Source of the DNA: Chrysomallon squamiferum
Taxonomy: Eukaryota > Animalia > Mollusca
Assembly (NCBI GenBank): GCA_012295275.1
Contig: CM022679.1
Location: forward strand, 24,304,001-24,368,000
DNA length: 64,000 bases
Direction of reading: 5' to 3'
The position numbers and the translations under genes were made by a program. Under the pieces are notes generated by a model. The model searched no databases. It was not told the DNA's origin and was given only the letters and a program-made list of their open reading frames with translations. Positions 1 through 12,834 of the stretch are shown in pieces. The stretch's first letter is position 1. Every line of letters begins with the position of its first letter.

Positions 1-959
1 CCCAGTAGTTTATTTTCTTGATCAATACCTGTATCTGGACTGTAGGTAGCTTGTTAGTTAAAGACTGGTGTTGTTTTCTTACTGAAGATGAGCTCAGACA
101 ATACTCCCTTTATTTCTTGCCTTGGAGATCCATTAAAAAGAACAGAGTTTGATATTATTTCTGTGTGTGTGTGTGTGTGTGTGATATAATGCTGATTCTC
201 TTGTTCCTTGAAAGTTATTATTTTAATGTTATTTATTTAATATTTATTGTTGTTATTTATTTACTAATTTATTTATTTATATATTTATTTGTTTAGTTAG
301 TTAATTTTTTATTATTATTATTTCATTTTGTTTCATTTTATATATTATTTACATTATCAATAACTGAAGTTTATTAACATCTGTATTACTACTATTATTA
401 TTGTTAATAATATTATTATAGCTCCTTGTACTATCACTATTTCTATTAATGTTGTTACTATTTGTGTTGTTGTTACATAAATATAAATAGTTATTGATTT
501 ATTTATTTATTCTTCATTTTTAACACTAGAAGTACATCAATAATATTATTAAAACAAAAGTATTTAAATGTTCTTGTTTGCTGCATTAACCGCAAAAACA
601 AACAGTAATAAATATCTGCTGATAATTTGTAAACATAAACGACAACTTTTGAGACAGTGGCTGGAACTGGAAAAACCCAATACGTCAACAAAAAATTATT
701 TATTGCAACATGGTGTACCTAACCCAGGTACTAAATTCTAACCACTGAACCTTAGCCCATGCTATTTCATGCACTGCACAAAAATCCCAGCATTGACAGG
801 TGCCATGGTTTTCAGTTTCTACAGTAGGCCTATGTGTTAATAACGGAACTGTATGCACAAAATAATGATTATATTTTTTTTCTGCCACTACATTATTTAT
901 TCTCAATTTATTCAGACAAATTCGTGAGGACGACACATCCCACTTCGTCTGAGTTTGCA

Positions 960-1330
960 TTTATTATTTTATACCAGGTAAACGATGGATAAAATCAATA
1001 ATCGTGGTTAAATCACGTGACATGTATTTCTGTACTTGACGACATGTGCGTGATGTTTGAATAGGTTGCTGATGGTGAGGTGTCATTTGTTAATAATAAG
1101 TTGATCAAATCGAGCTCAGTGGCATTATTTGCCTTAATTTTTCTTCGTGAATGTCACACAACGCTTATAATATCTGTTTCAGATTTTTTTAGCGCTGTAA
1201 TAATTGAACACCGTCTACGTATTTTCGACATGGAACTTTGGCCGTAATGATTTATTTTACTGATGTAAAAACCGAAACTGCTGTTGGGTCATGACCTATA
1301 ATGGATAGATCTATCACCTGATACTAAGTA
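960..1330 (+). promoter_or_regulatory. Putative ZDHHC4 promoter / non-coding first exon(s)
   Basis: Locally CpG-rich in a CpG-poor background. Palindromic TCACGTGA E-box at 1013-1020, donor-like gtgagg at ~1075, acceptor-like tttcag at ~1182; the coding exon acceptor is at 1813-1814. Confidence 0.4.
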
Positions 1331-1891
1331 ATCTAATCATTTTTAACACAGAATGTATATGTTTTTTCTAATATATTTTTTGATATTGGTTGCTGGGGGA
1401 ACGATTCAAGCGATCTCATAGTAAGCCCATGAGTGCCATTAAGTTAATAGCAGTAATAATAATACCAGTGCATGATGGCATTATTATCATCATCATTTTT
1501 AAATACTAGTAATTTGATTTTTAATTTAATGAGTGAATGTTCAAGGCATCTATGTTAAACCTTCAAACAATGAAAGATATTTGTTTATTGCCAAATTAAA
1601 CAAGGTGAAAGAAATGTAACTATCTTGTTGGAGAGAGGGGATGGGGGGCATGTTGAAAATATTTAATTATTTTTATCAGATTATTATTTTTATTATTTTT
1701 ATATATATTGATTTATGAAATAAATGCATTTGTAAAATTTTATTTTGTCTATTTACTGAATAAACACACAACATCTTCATATGTTGTTATTATTGTTGTT
1801 TATTTTTTTTTCAGATGGCACTTTTTCAGGAGAGAAAACCTTTTGATACACATTCCTTCTTCATCAGAATTTCAGTGATAAATATTTTATC

Positions 1892-4800
1892 ATGGATTTT
1901 ATACTTATATTTGTTTTGTATCTGCTGGTGTTTGGCTTAATGGTGCTCCTATACCTCTATGGAAACCATCCACTACTCAATACTGGAATTATAGGCAGGC
2001 TGAGAGAAAATGTTATGCAGGTAAGAAATAGTTAAAGCTGTCCATACTGTATCATGAGTTACTGTACCTTTTTAACCAGGTTAGAAAGTATATTATAAGA
2101 GTTTAGGAAAATGAAATATTTTTACATCCTAAATAATGTATATCCAATGGATATAATTTTTTATTTTTTTTTTATTTTATAAAATATTTTGTAGAGTCAA
2201 ATTTATTTTCAGTTTTGTCTTTCATAACTTTCACATCACATGATCATGTTATTATATTTAATTATAAATGTTTTTATTTTTATTTATATATTTTTTTATT
2301 TACAAATGGTTTGAACTGAATATTGTAGATCAACAAGTATTTTGTAATGTTTTTAATAATTATTATGAATTAAATAAAAAATATAGTTTTTTTTTTTTGT
2401 TGTATAACATTTTAGTATCACATTATTGTTGTTTTTATATTTATTTATTTATTTATTTATTTTTTTTTTTTTTTATTTTATTATTATTTTTTTCAGATTA
2501 TTTGGTACATTGTACCAAGTTCAGTGGTGGACATTACAAACGAAGCAATTAACTATGTTTTTAACACAAGGTAATAAACAAATAAACAAATATTCAAACT
2601 TTAAAATTAGGCTCTTTATATAACTCTTTATATAGAGAACACATGCCTGAAGTATGAATGGTCAGGGGTTAATTCTGAAACTTTTTAACCATGTTGTTGA
2701 CAACAAATATATTAAAAGCAATGAGTGTGGTAACTTTTATCTATGGGAGAAAATATATAAAAGATTTCTTTCTATTATTTAGTAAAGCATAGTGCATTGA
2801 CTGGCAGCATTTATGTTTATACAGAAAATATGGTTTTTGTTATGAATGAATGAATGAAATAGTGTAAGAGGATATTTTAGAAATATTACACAAATATTCA
2901 ATGTTTAAAATCTGACTGGATCATAGGGCATTGGTGTTATTGCATTTTTCTAAAGTTTCTCTAAAGATAATCAATCTCTATCATGTTATTCTTTATTTTT
3001 TTTTCTTTATTGCATGCTTTGTCTCAGAAATATGCCAGTGATTAATTGTGGATAGGTGTGTCTGAAGATATTTATAAATCTTGTTATATATATATATTTT
3101 TTTTTTTTTTAAAGAAACCATGTTATGCAGATTGTGTTCATGCTTCTGGTACTGCTGGGTCATGCGATATGGATTCTGGACGTACTGACCGTTTTCTACC
3201 TGGTGGACCCAGAGAGCAACCACACAACTGTGCCCATGTTTATCTGTTTGGCAAACTTCCTCTGTTTTTACAAGAGCTGCTGCTCTGACCCAGGGGAAGT
3301 AACTCCGAATAATCAAGCAGGACACTATCCCTATGATGGGATTCTGTACAAACCTGGTAAAAAATGCAGTACATGCAAGCTGAACAAACCTGCGAGGTCA
3401 AAACATTGTAGTAAGTTTTTAAATTTTGTGTCCATATTTAACTGGTGTAATAACTGCTCAATCTTTTTAAAGATAACAAAAAAAGAATCCCAGTTGTTAC
3501 TTTAAAGCGGTTAAAATGAATAAAGTCCTGTTTTTCTTCACATAGTTATTCTTTCCTAATAAAAAAAGTATCTCAACAAAAAGGTTTTCACCAAAGGTCC
3601 AGTTTTATTTTTGTGCTGGGTATCAAATTCTAATGCATATTTCCATATAAACATTGATAAAGATGTTTTTAGTGTATTTTAAATGAAAATTTCTACACCC
3701 AGAATTACTTTGGAGAAATATATTTATTTGTGTCTGTATACAGTGATATGTTTTTAGTTTATTTATAGGTTTGTGTAATATGTGTATATATGTCTATATA
3801 CTGTTATATGTTTATATTAAATTTATAGGTTTGTGTAATATGTGCGTGTATGTCTCTAAACTGATATATGTTTATATTTTATTTACTGGTTTGTGTAATA
3901 TGTGTATATATGTCTCTTTACTGTTATATGTTTGTATTTTATTTACTGGTTTGTGTAATATGTGTCTGTATGTCTGTACTGTTATATGTTGCTATTTTAT
4001 TTTTAGGTTTGTGTAATATGTGTGTTCATCGCTTTGATCATCACTGTGTGTGGACAAACAGCTGTGTTGGTGAAGGCAACGTTCACTATTTTAATTTATT
4101 TCTGATTACTCTTGTTATTATGTGCATCAATGGAACATACTTCTGTTTTAAATCACTGTATCTCATAACAACATTTCTAAAACTGATGGAAACATCTTAT
4201 CAAGATCCTGTGACAGGTGAACTGAAACCTATAACAGTTCCAGTTTTAATTCAGGTATGTTGTAAAAAAATTAAAAATATGTTGTTGTTTTTTTTGTTGT
4301 TTACTAAAAATATTATATTCTGTTATATTATATTATAGAAGGCTTATCTTATTTATATTTGTACAGACAACTAAGTTTAATTCATAATGCTGGGGACCAT
4401 TATTTTTTATTTTTAATTGATGGAAATAACAGTTCCTAAATAATTGTTTCATATAGACTAAATAAAAATAATTTCTTCAAATTTATAAAATTATATCAGT
4501 CTGGTTTGTAATTAAATGTATATTATCTTAAAATAATAGACTAAATATTTTAAAGTACTACTTTAAACATTTTGTTTTAATATTGTATCATCTTTTTTCA
4601 GCATCTATTTATGCAGTACCCAAGGATTGTTTTTCTTGCATTTTCATTACTGGTTTTATTGGTTTTACTCACCATGTTCTCATTCTACCATGTTTACTTG
4701 CTGGCAACCAATCAAACAACAAATGAGAGATACAAAATCAGCCATTTTGTCATGGAAGATGTTAAGATCGAGAATAACGGCAACAAAAATCAACAAAAGA

Positions 4801-4892
4801 AACTCATTATTTACAGGCCTTATGATAAAGGAATTTTAGAAAACTTTCAACAAGTCTTATTTCCTTGGAAGTTAAAAAACAAGAAGTATTAA
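1892..4892 (+). CDS. ZDHHC4: DHHC palmitoyltransferase, ZDHHC4-like; 5 coding exons 1892-2020, 2497-2570, 3115-3410, 4007-4254, 4602-4892 (345 aa)
   Basis: Exons join in frame at GT/AG sites (phases 0,2,1,0). Protein: MDFILIFVLY...FNTRNH...[37 protein letters not shown]...LIQHLFMQYPRIVF...LATNQTTNE. The DHHC-CRD and TTxE motifs are present, and the N-terminus and motifs match my recollection of ZDHHC4. Confidence 0.92.
3721..4025 (+). repeat. ~60-bp tandem minisatellite (about 5 units) spanning the ZDHHC4 intron 3 / exon 4 boundary
   Basis: The motif gtttgtgtaatatgtg recurs at 3769, 3829, 3889, 3949 and 4007. Confidence 0.9.
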
Positions 4893-7800
4893 ATTTGGTT
4901 TGGAACCTGTTTTTAGTGACGTATTTGTTTGTTATTGATGACAATTATCATGATTGATGATTTATGCATATCTATGTATCTACATATGCACAAGGAGACA
5001 TTTGATAATCAAATTTTGTATTATATGTGTTCTAGGTGCTTAAGTGTGACTTTCTGTATATAATGCAGATTATTTATTCACTTATTTAAGTATGTTTTCT
5101 AGGGCTGGTGAATTGATAAATGTAAATATTTAATAATTATTATTTGCATTTAAAACAAAAAGCTTTGTGATAATCAGCACAGAACTTTCTTTTCATTTTT
5201 TTTCCATCTGCAAAATTTAATTTGTTTCAATTTCAGCATTATCTAGCCTAATTAATAGATTTATCTCGATGCAAATTAAAAAATTTTTAATTTTTTTTAT
5301 TAAAAATAATGTGACAGCAATACCTGTCTTTATACTGATTTTGTTGGTAATCCATTGTGTACAGAAATTCATGAATACTGTTAATCTAGAATAGGCTGTT
5401 CATCTGTATTCTTCCCCTCCTCATTTTTATCAAATGAATTCAGTAATTAAGTGCTAATCCCAAAAGCTGACATATTTATTTATGCAATAAGTCTGGAATT
5501 CAGATGTAATATAAGAAAAGGTTTTATAGTTAAGAATAGCTCAGCTTTATTTTTATTTTTTATTTTTTCTTCTTATTTGTTTTATTTATTCATTTTTTTT
5601 AATTATTATTATTGTGTTTCTTTTATTTTTTAACAACTTTTTACTATTTAAAGTAAATTAATTTTAAAATTAATGTTATTTATTTAATGTAATTTCCAAT
5701 TTATTTTCTTTAACAGTTATCAAATTATATGTTACTTCAAATTTTTTACTTGTCTTTCTGCATCAATATTTTATTCAAACATTGTTTTCCAAAGACTAAA
5801 GAAATATATAAATAAAATAATAATTTTTAAATTATTTAATTAATAATAATAATAATTAATAAGCAAATAATATAAAAAAATATATATTTTAAATAATAAT
5901 AGAATACAAAATACTAAGATATGTTTGGTATTATTTCTAGTACAATACATTCTTGATACTATTTCATGTATTTAATATGAGCAAAACAGCAATTTATAAA
6001 ATATTATTAAATCTTGTGTGTATTTAATATTTTATATTCATTTTGAGTTGTTTTCTTTCTATGATGTGTGCTAATAATCAACTTAAACAGAATAACTGAA
6101 TCTTAAGATTATGTAGTTTATACCTTATATATGCATACACATATGCAATCAAACTGCTGTATAAGCCAGTGGTTGATGCACTAGTAGAAAAATATTTTGT
6201 CCAAGTATCTGCAGTTTTAAGATGAACAGTACAGTGGATTACTGGATTACCATAATGATATTATTCACACTGTAATTTTTTATAATCATTTGACAATTTT
6301 AATTTTAATTATCTTGAAGGCTGCAAGATCTAAACCAGTAAGCTATGGTTTATTTGTATGGTAAGTGTATGACAAGTTTAATGAGATTAAAATCATTACA
6401 ATTTTATTAAGTTTCATTTAGAACTGCTTGCAGAAAGATCATTATTAAACTATGCAAATTAATAATAACAAAGCTGATTATGATCAGATAACTTGAATAT
6501 TTAATAGAAACACAAAATGTACTGATTTTGAAAAGCTTTGTGTGCTTTCCTGTTTATGGAGGGATATAATAAAACACCCTTTCTGCTAATTCGTGAACAG
6601 CTTTTGTTCTCCCTGCCTCAGACTGTCATGTTTATTAAAATTCCAAATGCTAAAATGTTTTGAATATTCTTTCATCATTTTCTTTTTCACTTTTGATAAG
6701 TTTATATATATACTAACACAAACAGTTAGCACATGCTGATCACATTTGATTCATCTCTGTACTGATTATATTTCTTTTTAATAATATAAATTCTGTAATG
6801 AAGTGAAGGTTTTATTGTCAGTAATGACCAAGATGTTGAACATTACTCTTGAATTAAAAAAAAAATAATAATAAATTAAATTAAAATACTCTTATAAATT
6901 TACATATTATTGTTTTGTTTCAAAATGTGTATCAGTGTCTATATGCATATTATGAAATTCACATTCTGTTTCATGGATTATCAACATCATTAACACCTAG
7001 AATAAAATGACATCATTACATTTTTAATATTAAACAGTTAATTTAGTTTTGGTAATGTTTTCTTACACTAAAATGATGAAAAGAAATCTGCTGTTATTCC
7101 ATTGGCTTCATTAGCAGTATGTACATTAAATGTTTGTTCCCATAGAAAGGAAAACATACTACATGACATTTTGTTTGATAAAATAGGAATAACCCAAAAA
7201 CGTGCACTAAGAAGGATTGTGATCTCAGAACACAAGAATATTCACATCTTTATTACTATTTTTAGAAAGAACATTAATCTGCAGAGTTCTGTTCAAGATT
7301 CATGATACAAATTGTAGAATTAATGACTGCATTGCAGTACTTTGATCAAGAGATAAAACATTTTTATCACTTTTTATTTGTTTTGTTCTTATTTGTTGGT
7401 TTTTATATTCTGAGTGACAAACCAGAGAAAATGTTCAGCCTTACATATACATCATATCATCCACCACTGCTTTGTCAATGGTTACATTTTTTCACTCCAT
7501 GGAAAGGCACACAAATACAATATATTTTGCTGCTAACAGAAAAGTAATCAATCATATGATGGCAATGAGCTTTCAATATTATCCCTGTTGTCTTTTCAAT
7601 ATTATAACTGATGAGTATTTGTTCTTTTATTGCTTGAATTGTTTTGTAGTTATAACTTTAATAATCCAGAACTGCCAGTGAAGTTAACCATCTTTCACAG
7701 ACATTAAACAAATCTCAAGTTTGTTTTGATTTGTATTCTGTCCAGTGTGTTTGGAGAATTGTTGCTGATTTACACTAGATAAAACACTGATATTATTGAA

Positions 7801-8346
7801 GAGAAAAACAGAACGGTTATGTTATTTTTACTTTCTACAATACTTAATCATCATATGCAGAGAGAATTTACAAAAACAAAAAATAATAATACAAATCCAT
7901 ATTATAGTTAGTTGTTTTTTTTTTTAAACAAAACTGTCCAAGCCTATTCAAAGGTAACAAAAACAAATTTGCAAATTAAGCCAAATAGTTTATTTCCTGT
8001 CCATTGGAGACTGTTATACTTATTTATGTGAATTTCATAAATTTATTTGTATCTGTTACAATACCAAAAGTATAATGACTTCAGTACAAAAATCTTTTTA
8101 AATAATGACTACATGGCCATCACAAAATTCACATATTAACAAAGGAAAATATATATAATCTTTAAAAATAAACAAAAACCAGCATACAAAAGCATACAAT
8201 GATGTAGATAAGATCCTTATTCAGATTGAGGTAATTTTAAAACATGTAAAGGTAACAGTAAATAATCATTTCTTAAAAATCTTGACTTTTGGTTTATTTA
8301 TCATAGAAATAATGGTTTAAACTTTAAAAGCTCACAAAAAAAAAAA

Positions 8347-8383
<37 letters not shown>

Positions 8384-10099
8384 TTAAAAAAGAAAAGAAA
8401 CTATTATGTACAATTACGTAACTTTTTATAAACATATTCAAAACAGCAAAGAAGTTTGAATCTCATTTTCCAACTTTTTTTTCACTGCACAAGAAATTAA
8501 TGATTAAGAAAATAATAACAACAACAATAATAGTAATAAATAATATTATTAATAAATAAATAAGAATAATAATACAAGACTAAATCTTTTTTAGATTACT
8601 TTCATATTTATTTCTATTTATCTCTGCATTTGATATTTAAACTAATAATAAACATTTTACATTTAGCACAATGTCTTTTTATGTGAATATTTTTATGCTG
8701 CTTCACAAATGAATTGTGTAGTGATCTTTACACACAACATTTAACTGTTCAATGTAATTTAAGGCTATAAAGGTAAATAAACACAAACTGCAATGAAATG
8801 GATTCTCACTTATAAAACATTATGTACAAACATATTTTAAGTCTTACAACTTTCAAGCTATATGTTTGTGAAAAACATTTTATTTTATTATTTTTATTTT
8901 TTTCCCCCACAAAGATAACATTTACCGTATATACTTGTAGTTTTTCGATGTGTAAAGAACAAAATGTCATAAGTCGACTGTAAATTCCAGGCACCGTCAC
9001 TTTTTAGACCAGTGTGATTTGCCATGAAAAACGTTTTCCTACTGTAACATAACTTGCACGACACTGTAACTCACAACATTTAATCGTAAATGCATGTTTA
9101 CTATAGCCTCTGTATCATAAATAGTATCTCTTTAATGTAATAGGTCTAACATGGAGACCTAATGAATATTTTTCTATGTTTAAAAATGTGTCGGTATTTT
9201 GAATTGCAAATTTCACAAATTTTTACAATTAAACAAGGTTTTTCATGAAATTAGGACCGATATTTAGCATTTGGCTAATGTGTTTGTTCCTAGAAATTGC
9301 AAGACGCCGTAAGGCATAACGCCGTTTTTTCTCGAAAATGTATTTTTGTCATTAACAAAATCTCATGTTTTAAAAGATTTTTGGTTTTAATTTAATTTTT
9401 CAAAATTTTTTATACAAAAATTTTTTTTTAAAAGCTGAAAAACATTATTTTAGATGCATCCCTTAGCAAAAACAGTCAAAATGGCGACTCTTCACAACAT
9501 AAAAAGTTACCTCATAAGTCGAAAAATATTACCTTAATATAGTCTCCCAAAATTGTTATACAAAAGAATTTCGACATTTTTTGAACTAAAAGTCATTTTG
9601 AACAAACCTTTTCCACAAGTTTTTAAACGTTTTTTTTCTTATTAACCTTCTAATGAATATTTTTTTTTAAAAAATTTTTTACAAATTTTGTTTATTGGTT
9701 TTTCATATATGCATTCTTAATTATTTGTTCAAAATGCATGTTTATTTCAAACTTGTCCAACAAATCTCACATCTATAGATCATATAGCATCATGCTCCCT
9801 AATCTTTAGTGTTCATTGCAATTTTCTGGAGAAAATAATAAAAATTAAAATTATTTTATCATGAGCCAGAGTGCACAATACTGGTTTAGCTAGGCTGCTT
9901 TGAAACTTTCCTCTGTTCTAATTTATTAGTAGGATACTAATAGAGGTCCAGTTTTATTTATTTAAAACTGTTTTCACGACTAAGTTACATTAATTTTATT
10001 ATTATAAGATAACAATTTCTATCTCACATTTCTTTGCTAAATATATTAATTTAATTTGCTGTCATAACACTAGCCTTCTAATGCTAACATAAGACATTT

Positions 10100-10240
10100 T
10101 TGTGACATTTATTCCCGCAAAAAGTATATTTTGTTTCAGGTGTTTTTATTGGATCACTATATTCCGATTTATCCAATCACAATTAGTTTCTTTTCGTTAT
10201 TTGATAAATGAAAACAACATGGTGGCCATTGCTACATGTT
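10100..10240 (+). promoter_or_regulatory. IAP copy A promoter block (TTCCCGC E2F-like, ATTGG/CCAAT boxes, ATGGTGGC YY1-like)
   Basis: Motif cluster about 100-210 bp upstream of ATG 10321; homologous blocks at ~21740, ~37000 and ~59840. Confidence 0.5.
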
Positions 10241-10320
10241 GACAATTTTGTTAGGATTTACGTTCTTGATTCTTCAAAACTGTAGGTATTTGACTGGGAG
10301 TTTTAATTGCAAATCTAGAA

Positions 10321-11398
10321 ATGGATACTTTTGTTTATAATGAGATGAGAGATGAAGCGAAGAGACTCGTGTCTTTTCAGCAGTACCCCATTTTATATCC
10401 AGAAGATGAAGAAAGAACAGGTTATTATTCGCCACTGAAGCTGTCAAACGCCGGGTTTTTCCGAGAGCCTGGTGCTTCTTCAGATGAAGTGACATGCTTT
10501 GCCTGCGGAATTAAATATAGTGGATGGAGCGGCGAATCTCCAATGGCTGTTCACAGGATTCTAAATCCTGACTGCCAGTTTCTGAATGAAGAGGGAGAAG
10601 ACGTTGAAGAGAGACTACCATCAACACCAAATAATCTCGAACGAATGTCAAGTAATCCTGCAGTGAGGCGACGTTTGTTTGAGGAGTCAGAAGAACCAGG
10701 CAGTCCTGTTCATCGTGATCAACAGCAGACGCTTCTACCAAAATATAAACCAGTGTATGGTGGCTATAACATGCTATTTGAGAGTCACAGGCTGCTGACT
10801 TTTACAAATCCAAATAACCGACAATCAGAACAGTGGGCTGAAAATGGTTTTATTTTTCTAGAAGAGAATGGTATGGTGAAGTGTGTTTTCTGTGGTATAG
10901 AAATTTGCTTTGAAAATGAGGAACCTGTCATAGAAATTCATCGACTGGTTTCTGAGAACTGTCCGATTGTAAGATACATTGATGTGGGTAACATCTCAAG
11001 AGAACTGGAACATTCAGTGAAGTCGAAGCAAATGAATCTAAATACAGACATAAATACACAGAGATCAGTGGCTTATTTACATCCACAGTTTGAAGATGAA
11101 GATGTCAGGAAGAAGACTTTTGAATATTGGCCATGTTTGCCTCAGACAGAGGAGCAGTTGGTGGAAGCAGGATTTTACTTCACTGGTAAATATTTATGTA
11201 CAGTTATTACCAAGTTTACATCATACAGACATCTGTTATTATTAACTACCTGAACTAACTTTATTATTATTATTATTATTTTGTTTTCCTATCAACATCT
11301 TTAAACCAATTACATTTTGATTACTGTATTCATTGGTGTGAAAATGAGTCACTAAATCACTAATCTGTTTAGTTTCAACAATTGTGAAGAGAATAATG

Positions 11399-11438
<40 letters not shown>

Positions 11439-12768
11439 CTAATACTTTTGTCTGTTATGACACACATACAAACATGGCATAAATATGTCAAATAAGAGTA
11501 ATTATACTTCAGGATTGATTCTAATTTTCTTTTCTCTGCTTGCTATAATCATGGATTCACTTAATATATTCAGTTTTAAATATTGTTAATGTAAGTTAAG
11601 TTTCAAATAACAAAAGAGAATGATGTTGAAAATATAAACACATCTGTATAATATAAATAAATCATAATTTTACTCCACAGGTTACAGCAACTAATAGTCC
11701 TATCTCTTGCATGCATTTTTTAGTATTTATATATATATATATATACACCTGTGTGTCAATATGTAATTATATAAGTAGGTATGTATATGGGTGTGATTAT
11801 CTCAGGTTTATATCAAAAGTTAAACATCATTAAATATTTTTAAAAGCACAAGATAAATGCATTTACAATAATGTTTTGTTTACTATTACTCTCAAATATT
11901 ATTTTCATACTGACATTTCACTGTTCTAGAAAACACTATTTTTATTTTAATCTTCTGTGTAATTGCTGAATTTATTTTTACAGGATGTTCAGATAAAGTT
12001 GTTTGTTTTGCTTGTGGATATGGTCTGAGAAAGTGGAAACCTTCAGCAGTTCCTTGGGTGGAGCATGCCCGTCCACTCACCTGACTGTCAGTTTGTCAGA
12101 CAGAAAAAAGGGGTGGAGTTTATACAGCAAGCAGCTCAAATGACTGAGGTATATTTGTCAAAAAGTTAATTTGTTAATAGTTAAATTATTGATATTATCA
12201 TAATTTCTGTTTTTGATATTCCACTGTCAGGTCTTTCAGATAAAATTTATAAGTAATATAGTAACATGATCAAATTAGAAATATATCACTAAGTTTAAAG
12301 AAACAAAAAGAATAAAAGATTGGGTCTATCAGACTGATAAAACATTTCTTTTCTGTTATATTATTGTATTATATATTTGTTGATAGTGAAGCAGTGAGTA
12401 TGTACAGGTACTAAACCAACCGGTATCTATCTTATGAAAACCAGCTATTTTTTAAACTGTTTTGAATTAGAAGGGCATTGTTTTTGTTTCTGTTTCTGTT
12501 ACATCTTTTCAAGTGAACATGCTGATGTGTGCAGATGATCCAATTACAATAAGTTATTATTTGTTTCAGTTTACTGTTATTTTCAGTTATGTCCAAAAGG
12601 GTGTTAATCAGTATCTGTTCAATATAATTTCATTGTTTATCTTATATTTTAAGTAATGATGTAGCCCTGTGTCCAGAAATCTGTACCATCTCAGCTCCCA
12701 TGTTTGCTGGATAAATGGTTCAGGATTGATATTTAATTTATGGAAAAAAAATTATATTTGAATATTCA

Positions 12769-12834
<66 letters not shown>

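Noticed and set aside
1-960. Minus-strand short ORFs (503-691, 700-960) and a possible exon at 1-135
   Set aside because: No recognisable motif; every minus-strand frame at 1-135 contains a stop.
3771-4016. Cys-rich repeated ORF (GLCNMC)n
   Set aside because: By-product of the intronic 60-bp minisatellite, not a separate gene.
8940-9800. Possible non-autonomous DNA transposon upstream of copy A
   Set aside because: Composition is TE-like and it is absent from copy D, but I could not define TIRs or a TSD.
10274-10741. Antisense ORFs over IAP exon 1 (also 60232-60861)
   Set aside because: Shadow frames of the real coding exon.
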